Of a stretch of 64,000 bases of DNA, positions 28,802-43,800 are shown piece by piece. The notes below the pieces were generated by a model. It ran no database searches. It was not told the origin of the DNA and saw only the letters and a list, made by a program, of their open reading frames with translations. The stretch's first letter is position 1. Each line of letters opens with the position of its first letter. A program made the position numbers and the translations under genes. This DNA is from Phoronis australis (lineage: Eukaryota; Animalia; Phoronida), in assembly GCA_002633005.1 (NCBI GenBank), contig NMRA01000130.1:124001-188000 (forward strand). Reading direction: 5' to 3'.

Positions 28802-30117
28802 GACGGGCTCCAATACCAATTTCCGAAGGACAAGTGTTTGAGGAAACATAAGTCAATCTTGCGTAGTAGTCTTTTAGGATTAAAATCTGTCTTAGGCACT
28901 ATTTTCAAGATAAACTGGCCTGTGTTTGTAATATTTCAGGCACTAGTGATATCTGGAAAGCCCAGCAATAAAATGCAGGCAATAATTACAACGCCAGTCC
29001 TGTACTGTTCAGTCTTACTAAACTATTATGAAATAGCACATATTAAACATCCTCATCGGCTAATGACCAATCCAAACACCTAAAACTCTCCACTTGAAAG
29101 ATATTTATACAGACAGTAATAACAAACTACACACAACAATTATAAACCAATGCCAGCTGAAGTAAATAGAAACCAGGAGATTGCTGGACTTGTTTACACA
29201 CCAAGACCTGGACAGTGTACAGGCCCTTCCCAACCTGAGTCTGTCTCCAACAGTAATTCACAGGAACTCTTCAGCCAAAACCCACCAACTTCAAGACCCC
29301 ACTCACAGATGACTTTAGTAGCCCACCTCCCATCTTTTGCCCAATAAAATTTCATTGACAGACTATAAACACTCAACTCGGCCAACTGATGCATTAACAC
29401 AGCCTTAACAATCATGATTTTGTCTTGCTTCCAAAATATTATGTATTGTAACCAGACTGGCGCAACAACACAAACAGCTCACCAATACTTCAGTTTGTGA
29501 CCAAAACAACAGGCTCAGTGACAATCACTGCTCACATAACATACTTTAACTAGGATAGCAGACAAAATCACTCAAAAGATGCCTGGTCATCCAAGAGATC
29601 AAGTTGAAAAAGGATCGCAAAAAGTAACGTGGCCTTTGTCTTCCAACTCACCTCAAAATGGTAAGTGACAATGACAATGTTAATGCCAAAAATAACATTA
29701 CACCATTAATAATTAAATAAATCAAAAAGAGGATCCTCCAAAAACATTGTTTGAAAAGACATACGTTCACACAGAATCTAGAAACTTTAAGAATGCGCCA
29801 ATCCTGAAGAATTGATGAGCTTTCAAATGCATGACAAGATGACACCAAGTCAAAAATATCACCTCCAAGTCACTGTATGACCCCTGACCTCAGGAATGAT
29901 ATTTGCACATCTGTTTTCACTAATCCAGACAGTGGTTAAAAATCACAACCTCAGAATACGGTGTAAATGGTTACAGATCCCCTTCATGGCAACTACAGGT
30001 AGAGTGGTGATACCAACATAACATGATGAACTTTCAACATAGATTCTTGATCAGCTACAATAACATCAATAAATTGTAGAAAATTTGAAATCCATTAACA
30101 TGGAAGGGGAGGTGTGG

Positions 30118-30690
30118 CAGGCCTTTATCAAGGATTTCGAAAATAGGGTGTTCAAAATGGGGTCCCCAATATTTCAGGGCATCCATGGTTCAGATGCATA
30201 ACCCCCCACCCCCAGCAATCCCCCCAAACNGTCCAAAATGGGGTTCCCAATATTCCAGGGCATCCATGATTCTGACGTGTAACCCCCCACACCCAGCAAT
30301 CCCCCCAAACACACAGATTTTTTTACAAAAAATGCATAGATCAAGGTTTTTACATCTAAGTTTACAAAACAGCCTTCTGTAGTGAGCATTTTTACTAAAA
30401 ATAAACTGTAGACCAAGACTTTCCAATGCTATCAACCAAGTGTGAGCATAGCAACATTGTATATACTTTGTATATACATTGTATGGTATGTGTCTTCCTT
30501 ATTTGAAAAAGAGCCACTACTGTGAGTCTTCATATAGGCTTCCTAGTAATCATTACAATGTGTGTGTCCAAACTTGAAAGATTCCTACTGATAGTGGGGT
30601 CCAAATGATACATTGGGCGTTCTTGCCAGGGCGTCCATACTAGTGCTAGGGTCCATATTAGTGCTAGGACGTATGCTGCATAAAGGCCTG
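30118..30690 (-). mobile_element. hAT-type MITE, copy 2 (inverted relative to copy 1)
   Basis: CAGGCCTTTAT...ATAAAGGCCTG, 8-bp TSD AGGTGTGG (30110-30117 and 30691-30698). The body is the reverse complement of 23042-23532. Contains an N at 30230. Confidence 0.92.
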
Positions 30691-33600
30691 AGGTGTGGAA
30701 GGCAATCCCGGTGAATTTTCCTAAACATAAACAAATAAACAAAGCGAAATGTTTTCCATCCTACAGAACAAGGCCTGGAGGTAGACACATTCATTGACCA
30801 AAGGATGAGCTTTAAATGGCAGCTAACCCATGAATTGCCATTTCACCTGGTCATAGTGTTATTCAATTTACTAATAGGGTCTGTTTGGTAACTGAACTTG
30901 GCAATTTGGTGCACAGCACAGAGGAAGTGGTCCTGCCCTAAAAGGGCTCCAGGGTACTTCTAGATATTATGTTGATCCAACAAACTGGAGGTCACATCAG
31001 TGTTTTGTGGAGACACAAAAGAAAATCAGCCAATCAAGGCATAGCTAGGTTGCCTGTTGAATGCATAAAAACACTAAATTTCAGAATCTATCACTAACTT
31101 ATGAAATACTGGTAGAGGTCCTTGTTAAAGTTAATTCAGTGCCAGAATAAGCGCTGAATAGTATCAAGTTACCATGGAAATGTATCAAGACTTAATTTGC
31201 AACCTACAAATTTCCGTTTTAAATCCAAGAAAATCACACCAATCATGCTCCGGTCAATCACCCCCTCGCTAACACAACACAGGCACTAGTTGATTTGTAA
31301 CTATGTGGTAATTGATAAAACCAATATACCCAACACATTCAGACGTTGATAAAAATCAATCCATTTTATCCCATACACCATCAATTCTAGAACATTACAA
31401 CTATCAAAGTTTACGATCCAGCGAGGTTACTGATAAGAACGCTGACAACACTACCTGTGTCAAAACAACAGAACGAAGAGAATACCTGATGCTGCGGAGT
31501 CTGGAAAATGATTCAAAGCATTATTTGATGAATGAATTTAGATGATACGTGGACAGCTGGCACATCAGACTTAGACTGAAAAATTGCAATTTTATCCCTC
31601 TCCGCCGCGCACGCTCACCCATCCACCCTCTTGACGAATAGTACTATCACCCCCTACCAACTCAAGATGTGCGAAATCCCGCCTTGATCCACCTGACAAG
31701 TTTTCAGCAACCAGTATCCTACACCGACATCAGGTTATGGACTAGACTACATCGCAAAATGCCAGAACAAAAGGTTCCAAGACCCATTCCCTAGAGCCCA
31801 CACAACCCTAGGGCAGCCAACCCTACACTCAAACTCTACACGTAACCTTCATGTTAAAAAACTGCATTTCCAAATCAGAACTTTATCGATTTCCAACATT
31901 TTCAGAAATTTAAATTTCGATCAAAAGATGGCATGATACACGCCAAAACAACAATTTTCAATTTCAAATCTTATTTAACTTAAAAACGCAACACTGCATA
32001 AAACTCAGATCGTCACATCGACGCTTTTTGTCATTTAATGTCACTGGGTTGATAAATATTCATCACTCAAATATCAGTTTCACCAAACATCCAGAACTGT
32101 TTCTATTAGCAACTGGTTTTAGTTTCATGCATCATTTGTAAGGTTCATCAGGTAGAAATTCTTATGGTACACTAAAGAGGATGTTTGACTTCAGATAAGA
32201 TAGATTCCTGCATTCCTGAACATCAAGAGTAATTAGTGCAGATCCGTCATAATTGTCTCATTATAAATCGACATCTGTAACCCGCCAAATGTAACCTGAA
32301 AAATTCCCAGGTCGTCAAATGGGAAATGAGTTCGCCTCAACGGTATTTTTGTTTTCTTCCTTTTTTGCTCAAATGAAAAATTAGGGATGCTCGCATTCTT
32401 GCTGATGCCGAATTTCCTCATCCCAGGCTCAATATGATATACACAGGTTCAACAGCTCGCCAAAGGAAATCTTGAGTCCTAATGATGACCTGCAGGTCGC
32501 CAAATGAAGCCCTGATGTCTAAAACCCCTGTTCCTCAACCAATACAAAGTGCATGACTCCCTGAGATTTTCACATTGAGAGAATTCACATATGTAGTACC
32601 TGATTAATCAAAATACAGACAAGAGAATTCAAGGTACAGGTAAGACATGACCACGCGATGGTTTTGAAAATATAAATGCTTGTTAGACCAGGATTTTTTT
32701 GTGAAAAAATAATAAATAAAAATTACAGTGGTGGTTTTTTGATAGAATACCAAAGAATAGCTCATTCATATTGTTACGCAAGTGTTTCCATTTTCTTGAA
32801 CCTGTCAGTGAGTTATTGTTTGACAAGGCAATACCGTACGCAATGATCAGCGGATTTTGAGGAAAAATTGTATTCTAACCAAAGAATATTATAAAACTAT
32901 CCAAAAGTTTAGAAACTTGTTTTAATTTGTCAACAATTTTTTTTGTAATCTGTGATTATTGCTAAAGAGTGCAAGGTTTCCTTTCTCATTCAACCATTAC
33001 GATTTATGACCAAAAATGATATGTGGATACCCACTAAATGGTAAATTTGAGTTCTGTTTACAATCATCTTCACTTCCTCACTGCCAACAACTTCTGCACT
33101 GTTGCCCTTGGTAACCCATTTCCAGACTTTTGGAAGTGATAGCTGTGTTAAATGATGTTGTAACTGAATTATCTAAATCTTTCCATGGCAACATTTTCAG
33201 GTAGATATTGGCATCTGAGCTCGAGGGGTCTTCTCAATATCTGACAAGCGGGCCACATTTTATGACCACATTTTAAGACACACAGGGATGCCAATTAAAC
33301 TCATCACCAGCATGTTTTTGAACTGCATGACCAATCCTTTTCAATGTTTTGGTTACTGGCAGTTTAATCCAGCTCTGAAACCGATTGTATTCTTCCTTTT
33401 CAAACCAAGAGTTGCTATTGAAAGAAGATGGCAGTCAAGTTGGCAAAGTCTTTATCACACATATGTGCTTATTTTTCTCACTTAAAGAGTGGATTCTCCA
33501 TTGGTATGCAGCAAACAACAAACAGGCCAAAAACAACAATGCTGTCAACCACTGAATACCAATGTTCATTTCCTCATGGCAAATTCAGTTCAAGTATTCA

Positions 33601-36600
33601 ACAATGCCTTCAGTCATAATCTTAGGCAACTTATGGGCCACTTCCTAGAAAAGGGATCCCTCTGTCCAACTCTGCACACTACAGCACACAATAGCTGGGT
33701 GACCAATACCCAACCACCCAATCCCTCATAAGAGGTTTCAAGGTTACCTCATATGTTGTGGGTTGGCATGACATGTTACAATGACACAATGCTGTAAGCC
33801 TTGCTTTGAGTGATGAATGTCAACAAACTACAGTCAACACAAGCACAGGGCTGGATTTGAGGCAAGAGGGTCAGGTGTCTGCACCCATTGACAGAGGGTG
33901 TTCCATCTCAACATGTTTACTTTGAACAAGCTAGCTTAGGTAGAGTGGGTTAGACAATGCCATGCAGTTAATTGAAGTTGCTGGACCAGAATTTGGTGAA
34001 TAAGATGGTTAAACTTAAAATGAAACTGAATGTTTTGCATGTGGTATATCAGACGAATCATGATCTATGTTTTGGGTACAAAAGAACTCCAGAGCCACGC
34101 GTTAATGCATTTTCTAACAATAATTGAAGAAAATTTAGTCGGTAACCCCAGAAAAGCCATGGATGTTCATAAGACTGCCTACTTTTGTCAAAGCATATTT
34201 TGATGATTAAAATGGATCTCTTTGTAGGAAAAAATTAAACTTTGTAAAAATTCGTAAAGTCTTGTCTAGTTTTAACTCCAAACAATTCAAAACCAATCAA
34301 AAATTGCAAAATACAGAGATTCAACAATTTTGGTTCAGACCAGCTTCCAACTCAAAGCTATTTTTTCTTTCAGTTATCGCGGAATTTGACATTACCATAT
34401 CTGGGATGGGTCATTCACCTTCGTGTGATACTCTGAGACTGCTAATTAATACAGCTTCGCCAAAACCATCATTGGGAACCCCCCAGGGGTTTGATAAAGG
34501 TGATTCAAGGATGATGAATACAAAGCTCAAAGGCACGTTTATTAGTTTGAATTTTTTACATGCACTGTGGCGAATTCGTATGAAGATTCAACCTTAGTCA
34601 GTGCATTGAGTGTGACCTCACTGATATGAGCTGTTTATTACAAGACCATTGTTGATGTCAGCAAACCTTTAACAGTAACATTCTATCAGGCCACGAGGAA
34701 GCATCCAAGTGATCATCCGATTCAAAATTCGGACACCCTAGCTAGAACACCCTGTTCGGCATGTCGCTTCCAGTTCTAATCTTAGTATCATGCGCATCAC
34801 GCTCTTGGCACATCTAAGTTCCCCATGGCCATGTATTGCATTTTTATGACTAATCATTGGATTGGCACATCGTCCAGGGTATTTTAGTATCAATGGGAAA
34901 ATCGACCTGCAGACAAACTCTATTCTTCATCAAGGATAGAGACCTTAAATTAGGATAAAGGCCCCAAGTGCAATTGTAAATTGTTAAAATGATTCCTGAT
35001 GAGCCCGAGGAGGTTTTGAAAAGCACAAATTCAATACGAACTTTAGAAATGGTATCTTATGATGATGCACTTGACGTCTGTCCGTCCATTATTTAAATAA
35101 TTTCATCAACTCCCAGTAGAGGTTTCATTTATCAAATCTACAACAAAAATTCTTCAGTTTGTATCAATCCCCGTTAAGGTGTTCACCACGAAAGTGCTTT
35201 AAATCAGAACTCTTAAGTGCGAACTGATAATACAGATACAAAGGCAGCATACCTTGTCAATTCTAGCAAAATCGTCCATTGAGATTAATCTACAGAATGA
35301 GATGTTTTGACTACCTAGGTTCAGAAGAACAAGGCCATAGTGCTGTTTACCATGAAGACATTTTCACACCAACTAAACTCTGCTACCAGAGGAGCGTAGA
35401 TGTAAAATGCGAAGTTAATTGAACCTTTCACACCGGCTTAGGTAGTTAGAGAACATCGAAGTTACCGCAAGAAGGCACTCCAAAAATTTAATGCAGAAGC
35501 AAATTGTTTAAATTTAACGTGTTGTAAATGATGAAAATATCAAGTTGTACCATAACACGAGCTGTTACTGACAGCAACACCTGACAATAACTTCGAAGAC
35601 AGCAAAGCATTGAGGCTCCACTAAAAAGACAACCTGCTTATTGCGAACTTGCACCAGTAACTGATCTAAATACAAAGTCAAAACGTTTATATCGGCCAAC
35701 AATTCCCAAGAAATAGACACTTAAAAAAAAGCAAGATCTTGGCTGAAATTGAGGCAGGAGGCATGCTTTAGTCAGTGAGGGTGAGCGCAGGACTCAAAAT
35801 GAGTCCGCGGGAAGGATGGGGGGGAGGGGGTATGGACCACAACCAACTGTATCTTTTGGTCTGTCATCTTTCATCGCTCATTTGCGCTTGTGAACTGTAG
35901 ACCAAAGAGGCATCCCTGTACATCCAGACGTCATGGACATTTCCAGGTTCAGTACTACATAGTGATAAGACATATTAAGGTAAAAAAAATCGTTACAAAA
36001 TTGTACTTCACTTTAGTTTTGCCTGTAGGTTATGACTGTTGCGGAAACATCATTTGGCAAAATTTCGAGTATCTGCAGAGACATACCACATCAGAGAAAA
36101 TTTGATCCATTTGAATTTTAGCAATTGTTTATCACACAAATCAAAGGTTTTGCAGCATAGGAGGTGTTCACATTCAGGCAAGAATGGTGAAAATACTGCT
36201 TAAGATAGTACAGTCTGTGAGTATTCTTATGAACAGCTTTCTCTTCTCATGAACCCAAAACTTGAACATGCCGCAGTCATTTTGTTACAAACACAAAGTA
36301 TTGGTACCAACCCTCTAGTACTCATATACGATTTTTCAGGCATTGGGGCTATACATACATTCAGACATTAGAATTCCGCGCTGAAGAGAACCTCCCCATT
36401 CCTTCAGGTCCTGTATTTGCGGCTTGTATAACCATCACCCACTACAGTGCCTTCCATTCGAAACAAAGTCATGACCTCGTGATCTTCATTCGGGATGCTT
36501 AATTACTGCAAAAAAATCTCACCAATTTCCAGACAAAACTAAAGGTCGAAATTGACCTTTTTCAATTTTCAAAATCTCCTAACATCGTTCTGAATGGCTA

Positions 36601-37842
36601 CAGGGTTTCAAAATATTTTCTGCTGGTAGCTCGATACAAAACTTGAACATGACAGAGCATTATTTTGGGGCCATGTACCTTTCTCGAAAAAAAGAGAATT
36701 CAAAATAAAAATTTCACTCGTCCATTGTCATGTGCCCTAAATTGTCATAACTACACTACACTTAGTAAGGTTATGCTTCTAAATTGGACAGGTCACATGG
36801 CATGAGGAAAGAATGTCCAGATGGCCAAAGATAACAAAATGAAAAGCACCATCTCTTGCACTAATTAGGAATAACTAATTAGGTACTGGCTCCATGAATC
36901 ACACACAACATGTCAAGTCAAAATCATAGTGATAACTTTCCTTAGCTTCAATTATAATCAGGACAGACATAAAACATTGGACTCCAATATGGTATTTCCG
37001 TACGTTTAGTTAGCTAAACAAATGAAAATTGAATTCGCCCTTTCACTCTCGTAAACTCTGTCTGATAATATTTGTTACTGTGATAGGTTTCTATCTCTCC
37101 ATCTATGGCAAAGTAATTATCAAAAATTTGTATTTTCGCAAAGTTTAACAAGTTTGTACTAATCAATTTTAATTACCAAAAGTGTAGAACATGACATATT
37201 CATATACTGAATGGTAACAGTCCGATATGATGTACCCGCATCTTGAGAACCAGTTTTCGACACTGAATAACAGGCATTGACTGGTTCTCAAATTGTGGTT
37301 AAGTTATATCAGACTACTTGCCAAACAATATTTTTTACAAACAATGGACATTCATAACAATGTTAAGAGCCATTGAAAAATTTTGGCTGCTAATTTCTGT
37401 CTGAAATAGGTGAGATTTTACGATAACATCACTTTTCATAATCTATATTTCCAGAAAGCAATGATAGAAACTGGGTTTCTCAATTCAGTTGCAGATATTA
37501 CAGTACTGGCAATTTTTCCCCCGACACATTTGTAACTGGCAAATATCTGAAACCACTTTGATCAGAAAAGCATGAAAACTGTGAGTAATAATTGCCAATT
37601 TACGTAAAGACAATTAACAGCCCGGACTACGGACTACGTGACATAGAGCAAGTTTCTTGCAAGAAAAGAGAGATTGTGCAAGACTTTTCGCCAAATGTCC
37701 CTATGCATTATTATACAAGCAAAGCACGTTATCGCACCAGTTTTCTTTCACAAATATCTTGTATTGCAGAGCAGGTACCTGGTCAGCCAACAAAGGGATA
37801 TGCAACCTCAGCATTTATGTAAAGAAAGGTTGTTGTTTTACT

Positions 37843-37865
37843 GTTGTTGTTGTTGTTGTTGTTGT
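37843..37865. repeat. (GTT)n microsatellite
   Basis: Direct reading. Explains the poly-V/C/L/N runs in the overlapping ORFs. Confidence 0.95.
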
Positions 37866-39894
37866 CGCTGCCGCCATTGGGGTTTAAAAAAATGAGGTCA
37901 GAAATCTTGCAGTGCAGACCAAACAATACCCCTATGAAAAACAAACCTTTCCAGCAGTGTCTAAACTTTTCACCCAAAGCTCATTCTGAATCGGATAAAA
38001 AATCTGAAACTCAGTTTATACAAATTCAACAATTAGAGACACCTTGATAGTTCGTAAACCAAAATATGAAATAAAACATGGTCTACACCTGGGAGTAATA
38101 AACATAAATATTGGTCCTAGGTCTACACAGACAATCTTTGCTGCAAAAGGTTTTTGATATTTTCTTAATTCCATATTCATGCTTTAGCTCCTTGTAGTAT
38201 CCAGAACAAGAAACACTAAACAGGTGATTTGCTGCCCAGTGTTTAGATTATCTTCCTATCTTTTTGAATCATCAAGATAAAAAGCCATGGTCCAGCAGAG
38301 TTACATAAAAACCTGTGACAGATGGTGCATAGCTCCAGGCAGGTATTATTCAGCTTGTTTGCACAGGTACAGTCTATATACAAACAGAGACTGGACCCTG
38401 GGCTATTTGCCAAGGTCCTTGACAAGGAACAAGCCTCGAAATTGAAAGAAACCAGATGAACAGAAACTGGAAATAGTATACTGTGACAGAATTATAACTA
38501 ACATGGAGAGCAAGGATTTTTCAAAAAGAGGGTGAAACTGTAAGGTTTTAGTTCAAACTCGCTTAGCCTTAAAAAAACAAGAAATGAATTATCAAAAAGA
38601 GCAAGGAAATTCTTCATCTCTTTTAGCACCCAAGGACAACTCTCACCCCAGGGGAAAGGTGCATGTGCTCTCTGACGAAGTGGTTTGTTTTGCAGTGAGG
38701 GAACCCCCTCCGAGTGTCTGCCTGGGATGACACTGAGCTAACCTGAAGAGTATTTTTTATTATTTGAGGGGAGTTTCTGGGCCCACTGAGGCCCCCTGGC
38801 TACCTAAAATAAGGCAGAAAACGGGAATGTCATTTTACTAATATTTCTCAACACTAATTTCCACGGAAACTCCAATTCATTAAGAGTGCTGTGAATGGTA
38901 CTGTATTTATTTATTTATTTATTTATTACAATATTTAAAATGAGGGTGGCCTCTTCAGTGACAGCACTGCTTTCCAAGAGGTCCCTAAAACCATAAAACT
39001 TGGACAAGTAATAACACTGCAATTATTTGTAGCAAGGTAGTGGTCTTTGAGAAATCTATTACTTGGCCTGAAATGATGGAGAATCGCAACTGGATACTCC
39101 TTATCTTTTATGAACAAAATGAGAAAATAAAATTTCACTTGTCTTTGGGTCATAGGAACCAATATATCGGTTCCTAGATTGGAGAGACTGCCATAACCCT
39201 GATTCAATCATTTTTCCTACAGACCAAAGCAAATAACGCTTAGTATTTAGCCGACACAAGTGGTATGATACTTGAGTCAGAATGTACTATTATGTAAAAC
39301 CTGAGATTTCAGTTTCATAACGTATCTCACCAATTTCGGACAAAAATTAATTCGCCAAAATTGGTCTTTATCATTTTTTAAAAGCTTCTGATATTGTTTT
39401 GAATGTCCACTATTTCTCAGAAACATTGTCTGAATGATACAGCGCTGATTTGATGCTCTTATTAAAAAAAATGGAAACATAAATTTCACTTGTCGGCGGT
39501 ATGATATATATTATGACCTAAACTGGCAAGATTTGTGGCTTGACTTGGTTATAAACTTGCACACTTTGAATGTAGTGCGTGATTACAAAATATAGTCCTG
39601 TTGTACTTAAGTGACTCAGAAAAAATTCCAGTGCAAAAATAATTCAAGAAAGCCTGAAGTGCGACCTTTTCATGTAACAACAAATAATGTAATAATGTAC
39701 ATATGCTTTCAAATCCAGACAATTGGCATTTAACGTAGCAACCATGCCCACAATCACGCACACATGCAATGTTTGAACTAAGATCCAGAAAAGATTTTGG
39801 AAGAATGCTGACAAAAAATTCAAATATCTCTCTCATTCCATCTTTTTATCATCAAACAAAAAATAACATTCCTACCCAGTGTTCGCATATATTC

Positions 39895-40249
39895 AAACAC
39901 GCCATGAGCCATATTTGAAACGCTACGAGCAATGTTTGAAAAGCTATGAGCCATATTTAAACTCTTGAGCCATGTCTGAACAGCTATGGGCAACGTTTGA
40001 ACGCCTAAAAGCCATCCTTGAAATCTTGCGCCATGTTTGAAAAGCTATGAGCCATATTTAAACTCTTGAGCCATGTCTGAACAGCTATGGGCAACGTTTG
40101 AACGCCTAAAAGCCATCCTTGAAATCTTGCGCCATGTTTGAAAAGCTATGAGCCATATTTAAACTCTTGAGCCACTTCTGAATGGCTAAAAGCCATCCCT
40201 GAAATCTTGCGCCATGTTGGAAAAGCTCAGAGCCATGTTGGAAAAGCTA
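39895..40249. repeat. Minisatellite of 19-21-bp units (GAGCCATRTTTGAAA...) with a 101-bp higher-order period
   Basis: GAGCCATATTTAAACTC recurs at 39948, 40049 and 40150. Confidence 0.93.
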
Positions 40250-40738
40250 GATTTTTGTCTGCTTGTAAGAAACATGATTGAAATTGCGTTCTACACTAGT
40301 AAATTTTTTGTTTGTTCAACAAAAATGATAATATGCCCAGCAAGTGATAATCATGTGCAACTATTGTTTTTGTGACCTAACAGAAAGAGAGATTACTATT
40401 TGAGAAAATGGCATGCAATTGGCACAATGTTTGAATTTTTGTCCATGGAGAACCCTGCTTACCAGTGAACATGTGCCCATAACAGGGAAGAAGAAATTTT
40501 GGTACATTTACAATGTCAGAAGTATAAAAATTGAAGAAAGGTCAGTTTTGGCAATTATTTTTGTACGAAAATTGTGAGAATTTATAGTATTCCTTGGTGT
40601 AGAGCTTGAACGGCAAAGTGGGGGCCAAACATGATCATGTTAAACAGCTGAACCAGGATACAAAACGTCTTGAGTACTACCGTATGCCCAAAGGTGAAGT
40701 ATTGGCGAATACACTTAAAAAGGAATGTTGCATTTTTT

Positions 40739-40844
40739 CTTTGGGTTATGGCCGCAACAGGGCCCTCAATGCACTTTGGGTTATGGCCCGACGAGGACTC
40801 CTAAATCCACTTTGGGTTATGGCCCAGCGAGGACTCCTAAATCC
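40739..40844. repeat. 35-36-bp tandem repeat x3 (CTTTGGGTTATGGCC...)
   Basis: Units start at 40739, 40774 and 40810. Confidence 0.9.
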
Positions 40845-43800
40845 GGCTATGCTCGACTTCTCGATATGACTGGGATTGTTTAGACACCACAGTCAAAAGC
40901 ATGCAGTGATACTTTTACAGCACATTTTGCTTGTCCAAGGGAATTATTTTGAGAGGTCAAAAGGTCACTGGCACCTGAACATTCTATTAAAAAGACACTA
41001 GGAAGTGTCAAGAACAGGAGTTTTCTCAGGTGACTTGACACAATGTATGTGCAACACCTGTGCTGTAGTGGGGTGTAGGCGCACGTAGGCGCAGCCAACC
41101 ACCTTTTGGCATTTGAATGTAGCACTTACGTACCGTAAGTTAAGTTCAGTGCTCAAGGTGCTTTCAGGCACCTACTTACCTCAAATTTTACCACTAAAGC
41201 ACTGCACAACATTAAATGCTTTATCCACACAGAGTGACACTTGGAGCGTGAAAACATAGGCATGTGGGTTTTTAATGCTCCAGTGCAATCCCCAATCCCT
41301 TACATACAGCCAGGACTCCCAAGGATAAAATCAATGCCCCATGACATATCTACTGGCACAGTGGCATGTATACCATTCCTACTGAGCCCAAACAACAGAT
41401 GGCTGTAAAACACACTGACCTGTAATGATACACATGCACTCAGATTAAGGTGGTTCTCCTCGAATCCTAGAGCATAAATGCCCACCAAATTTTTCAAACT
41501 TATTTTTTAACTGTAGAAATTTATAATATCTTCCTAGAGTCGGCGCTTTCTTATTTAAATACGGTAAAATCTCACTCATTTCAAACAACGGTTTCTAACA
41601 TTGCCTTGAATACTTACAAGTTTTCATAGTATACTCTGTCCGCAACTCAATGGTACAGAGCTTGAATACCATATGGCAAATCATTAGAGTGGTACTGTAT
41701 ATCATTTATGAAAAAATGAGAAAATGAAACTTCACCCATCTGGCATCCTCAGTGTCCAACATTGGTGCAATTTAACCAAAACAAGCTTAAAGCCCATAGT
41801 TCCCATGGAAACGGTATAACCGAAGGAAACAAAAGGTGCAAAGATTTTTTCAAAATACTACAATCCAAGTTTATTACAACTTGAAGATTTTACGACTTTA
41901 CAAGAAATGAAGATCATCTCATGGAACTTCAGCACTTTGTGTAATTAGTCATCTTGCATTAATTATTACACCCTTTTTCGTCTTTTCACCATCAGGACTT
42001 TTGGACCAAAGGACTTTAAAAAGTTACTGTTTCTGAAATTCTGACCCACGTTACTTAAACCACAATTGTCTCCCCTGAAAGATAATGTTCAGCATCGTTC
42101 AGCTGCAGAAAGTCTTGTGTCAAAAAGTGAATCTTTTGGTTCAACAGTTGTCCGATAACTCGATTAACTCGATTAGTTCAACTTGGCTGAAGCATTAGTC
42201 ACCAACGCTTGACAAACACTTTCCAAGGAGTTTACTCCAAACTTTTGAGAAGCTTCCAGAGCAATACATACAAAAGTTCACATAAATTCTCAGTGCATTA
42301 AATGCTGAAACGTATCCCACTAATTTTGTGTTGATTTGTACAATTAGCTAATAAGGTTGGTGAAAAAGTGCTAGCACTAGGCATACTGAATTACTACATT
42401 TGATTGTGTGATTTTCTAGCCTTCCTCCTAGTAATAAAACTCTTCTGCCTAATAACGTAATATATATATATTGCACTATATGAATACAGGAAACAAGGAA
42501 TTAGCCTTTGGAAGTGCCCACATCTGTCTATGATAACTGGTACTTAAGACTTTAGAACTAATCAAAGTTTTGTGTTAACTTGAGAATTGCATTTGATTGC
42601 CTCAAATAGTGCTGACTTTCCAATCCACAGGAAGCAATGCTCGGGGTATCAAATGGAACCGCACACTGAAATGAGTTCTTGGGATGGTTCAGGAAAAGGA
42701 ATGCAAAATTACTTATGGTGAACAGCCAGTATGACGGTGATGATCATAAATTTCCCATTTAAACGATCGTTGTACTGCTTTTTGGATCAAAAGCAGTCAG
42801 GAAAGTTCTTTATGTACAGCATATTGACCAAGTCCATGGTATCAGGCTAATTAACAGTCAACGTTGAATTTTTTTACCGAAGCGTTTTTGGGGGTTTAGA
42901 AACAGTACCTATCTTATATTTTCTATTCCTGAATTGTTGCCAGCAACTCCAAGTCACGATAACAAAGACAAATTCACAATTTTAGGGTTGGCCAACCCCA
43001 ATAAGGTCTAAACCGGTCTGTCGAGTCGTTGATATAGCTCCGATGTAATAGTTGGCACAAAAAACGCAGTCCAGTCATGGCAGGGAATATCAAACGAGCA
43101 ACTTTATGGGCTTCAAAAACATTATTGAGGAGAATTAAAGCGATTTACGAGAGAATAGTCCCAACAGACTCAAAACATGATCCTTTGCGGTCACCAACAA
43201 CTGCTGAGCTAAATCTCACTTGGTAAATGGAAATGTATTACGTGTTTAAGTCATCAGCTTAATTTCAGGGAATCAGGGAATGTGTGGCTGACAATGACCA
43301 TAATTGGTGATTTATAATAAAATTACACATACACAACCGACTTTTTTCTCTTTATAGCTCTGGTCTAACTCATGCAACAACAAGCACAAAAATGCATTTG
43401 TGGCCTTAAAAATGATAAAATACCTTTAATTCATTTCTAATTGTTCTTTGGCCCACCTAAACCCTGAGGAAACGCAGTTTTAACGCTCATGGTGTACAAA
43501 ATCTTCTTAACACAGTCCTAGGACACACAAACACTTACGTATTTTAAATGAACATAACCATAGCCAATTTCATGGCAGCCTAATAACAACAGGTTGTTAA
43601 GTAACTGTTAAAATCAAGGAACAGGAGTTCATAGGGAAGTGCCATTTTCCTGGAAAAAAAGTTAGAAGAAACAACTGATATCTTTTCTTTTGTTCCGTCA
43701 CATTACACAGAATAAGTGTCATCACCGATGTGTGTCACTGATTTATTATGAATCACCTAGGCCTACTAGGGAAATTGTTACAGGTGGCCCGTGACGTTAA

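Noticed and set aside
23042-30690. One 7.6-kb composite transposon with ~490-bp TIRs
   Set aside because: Each copy has its own TIRs and a distinct 8-bp TSD, so they are independent insertions.
34995-35030. CTGATGAGCCC...GAAA as a hammerhead ribozyme
   Set aside because: Stem II pairs poorly, and no stem I/III or cleavage triplet could be built.
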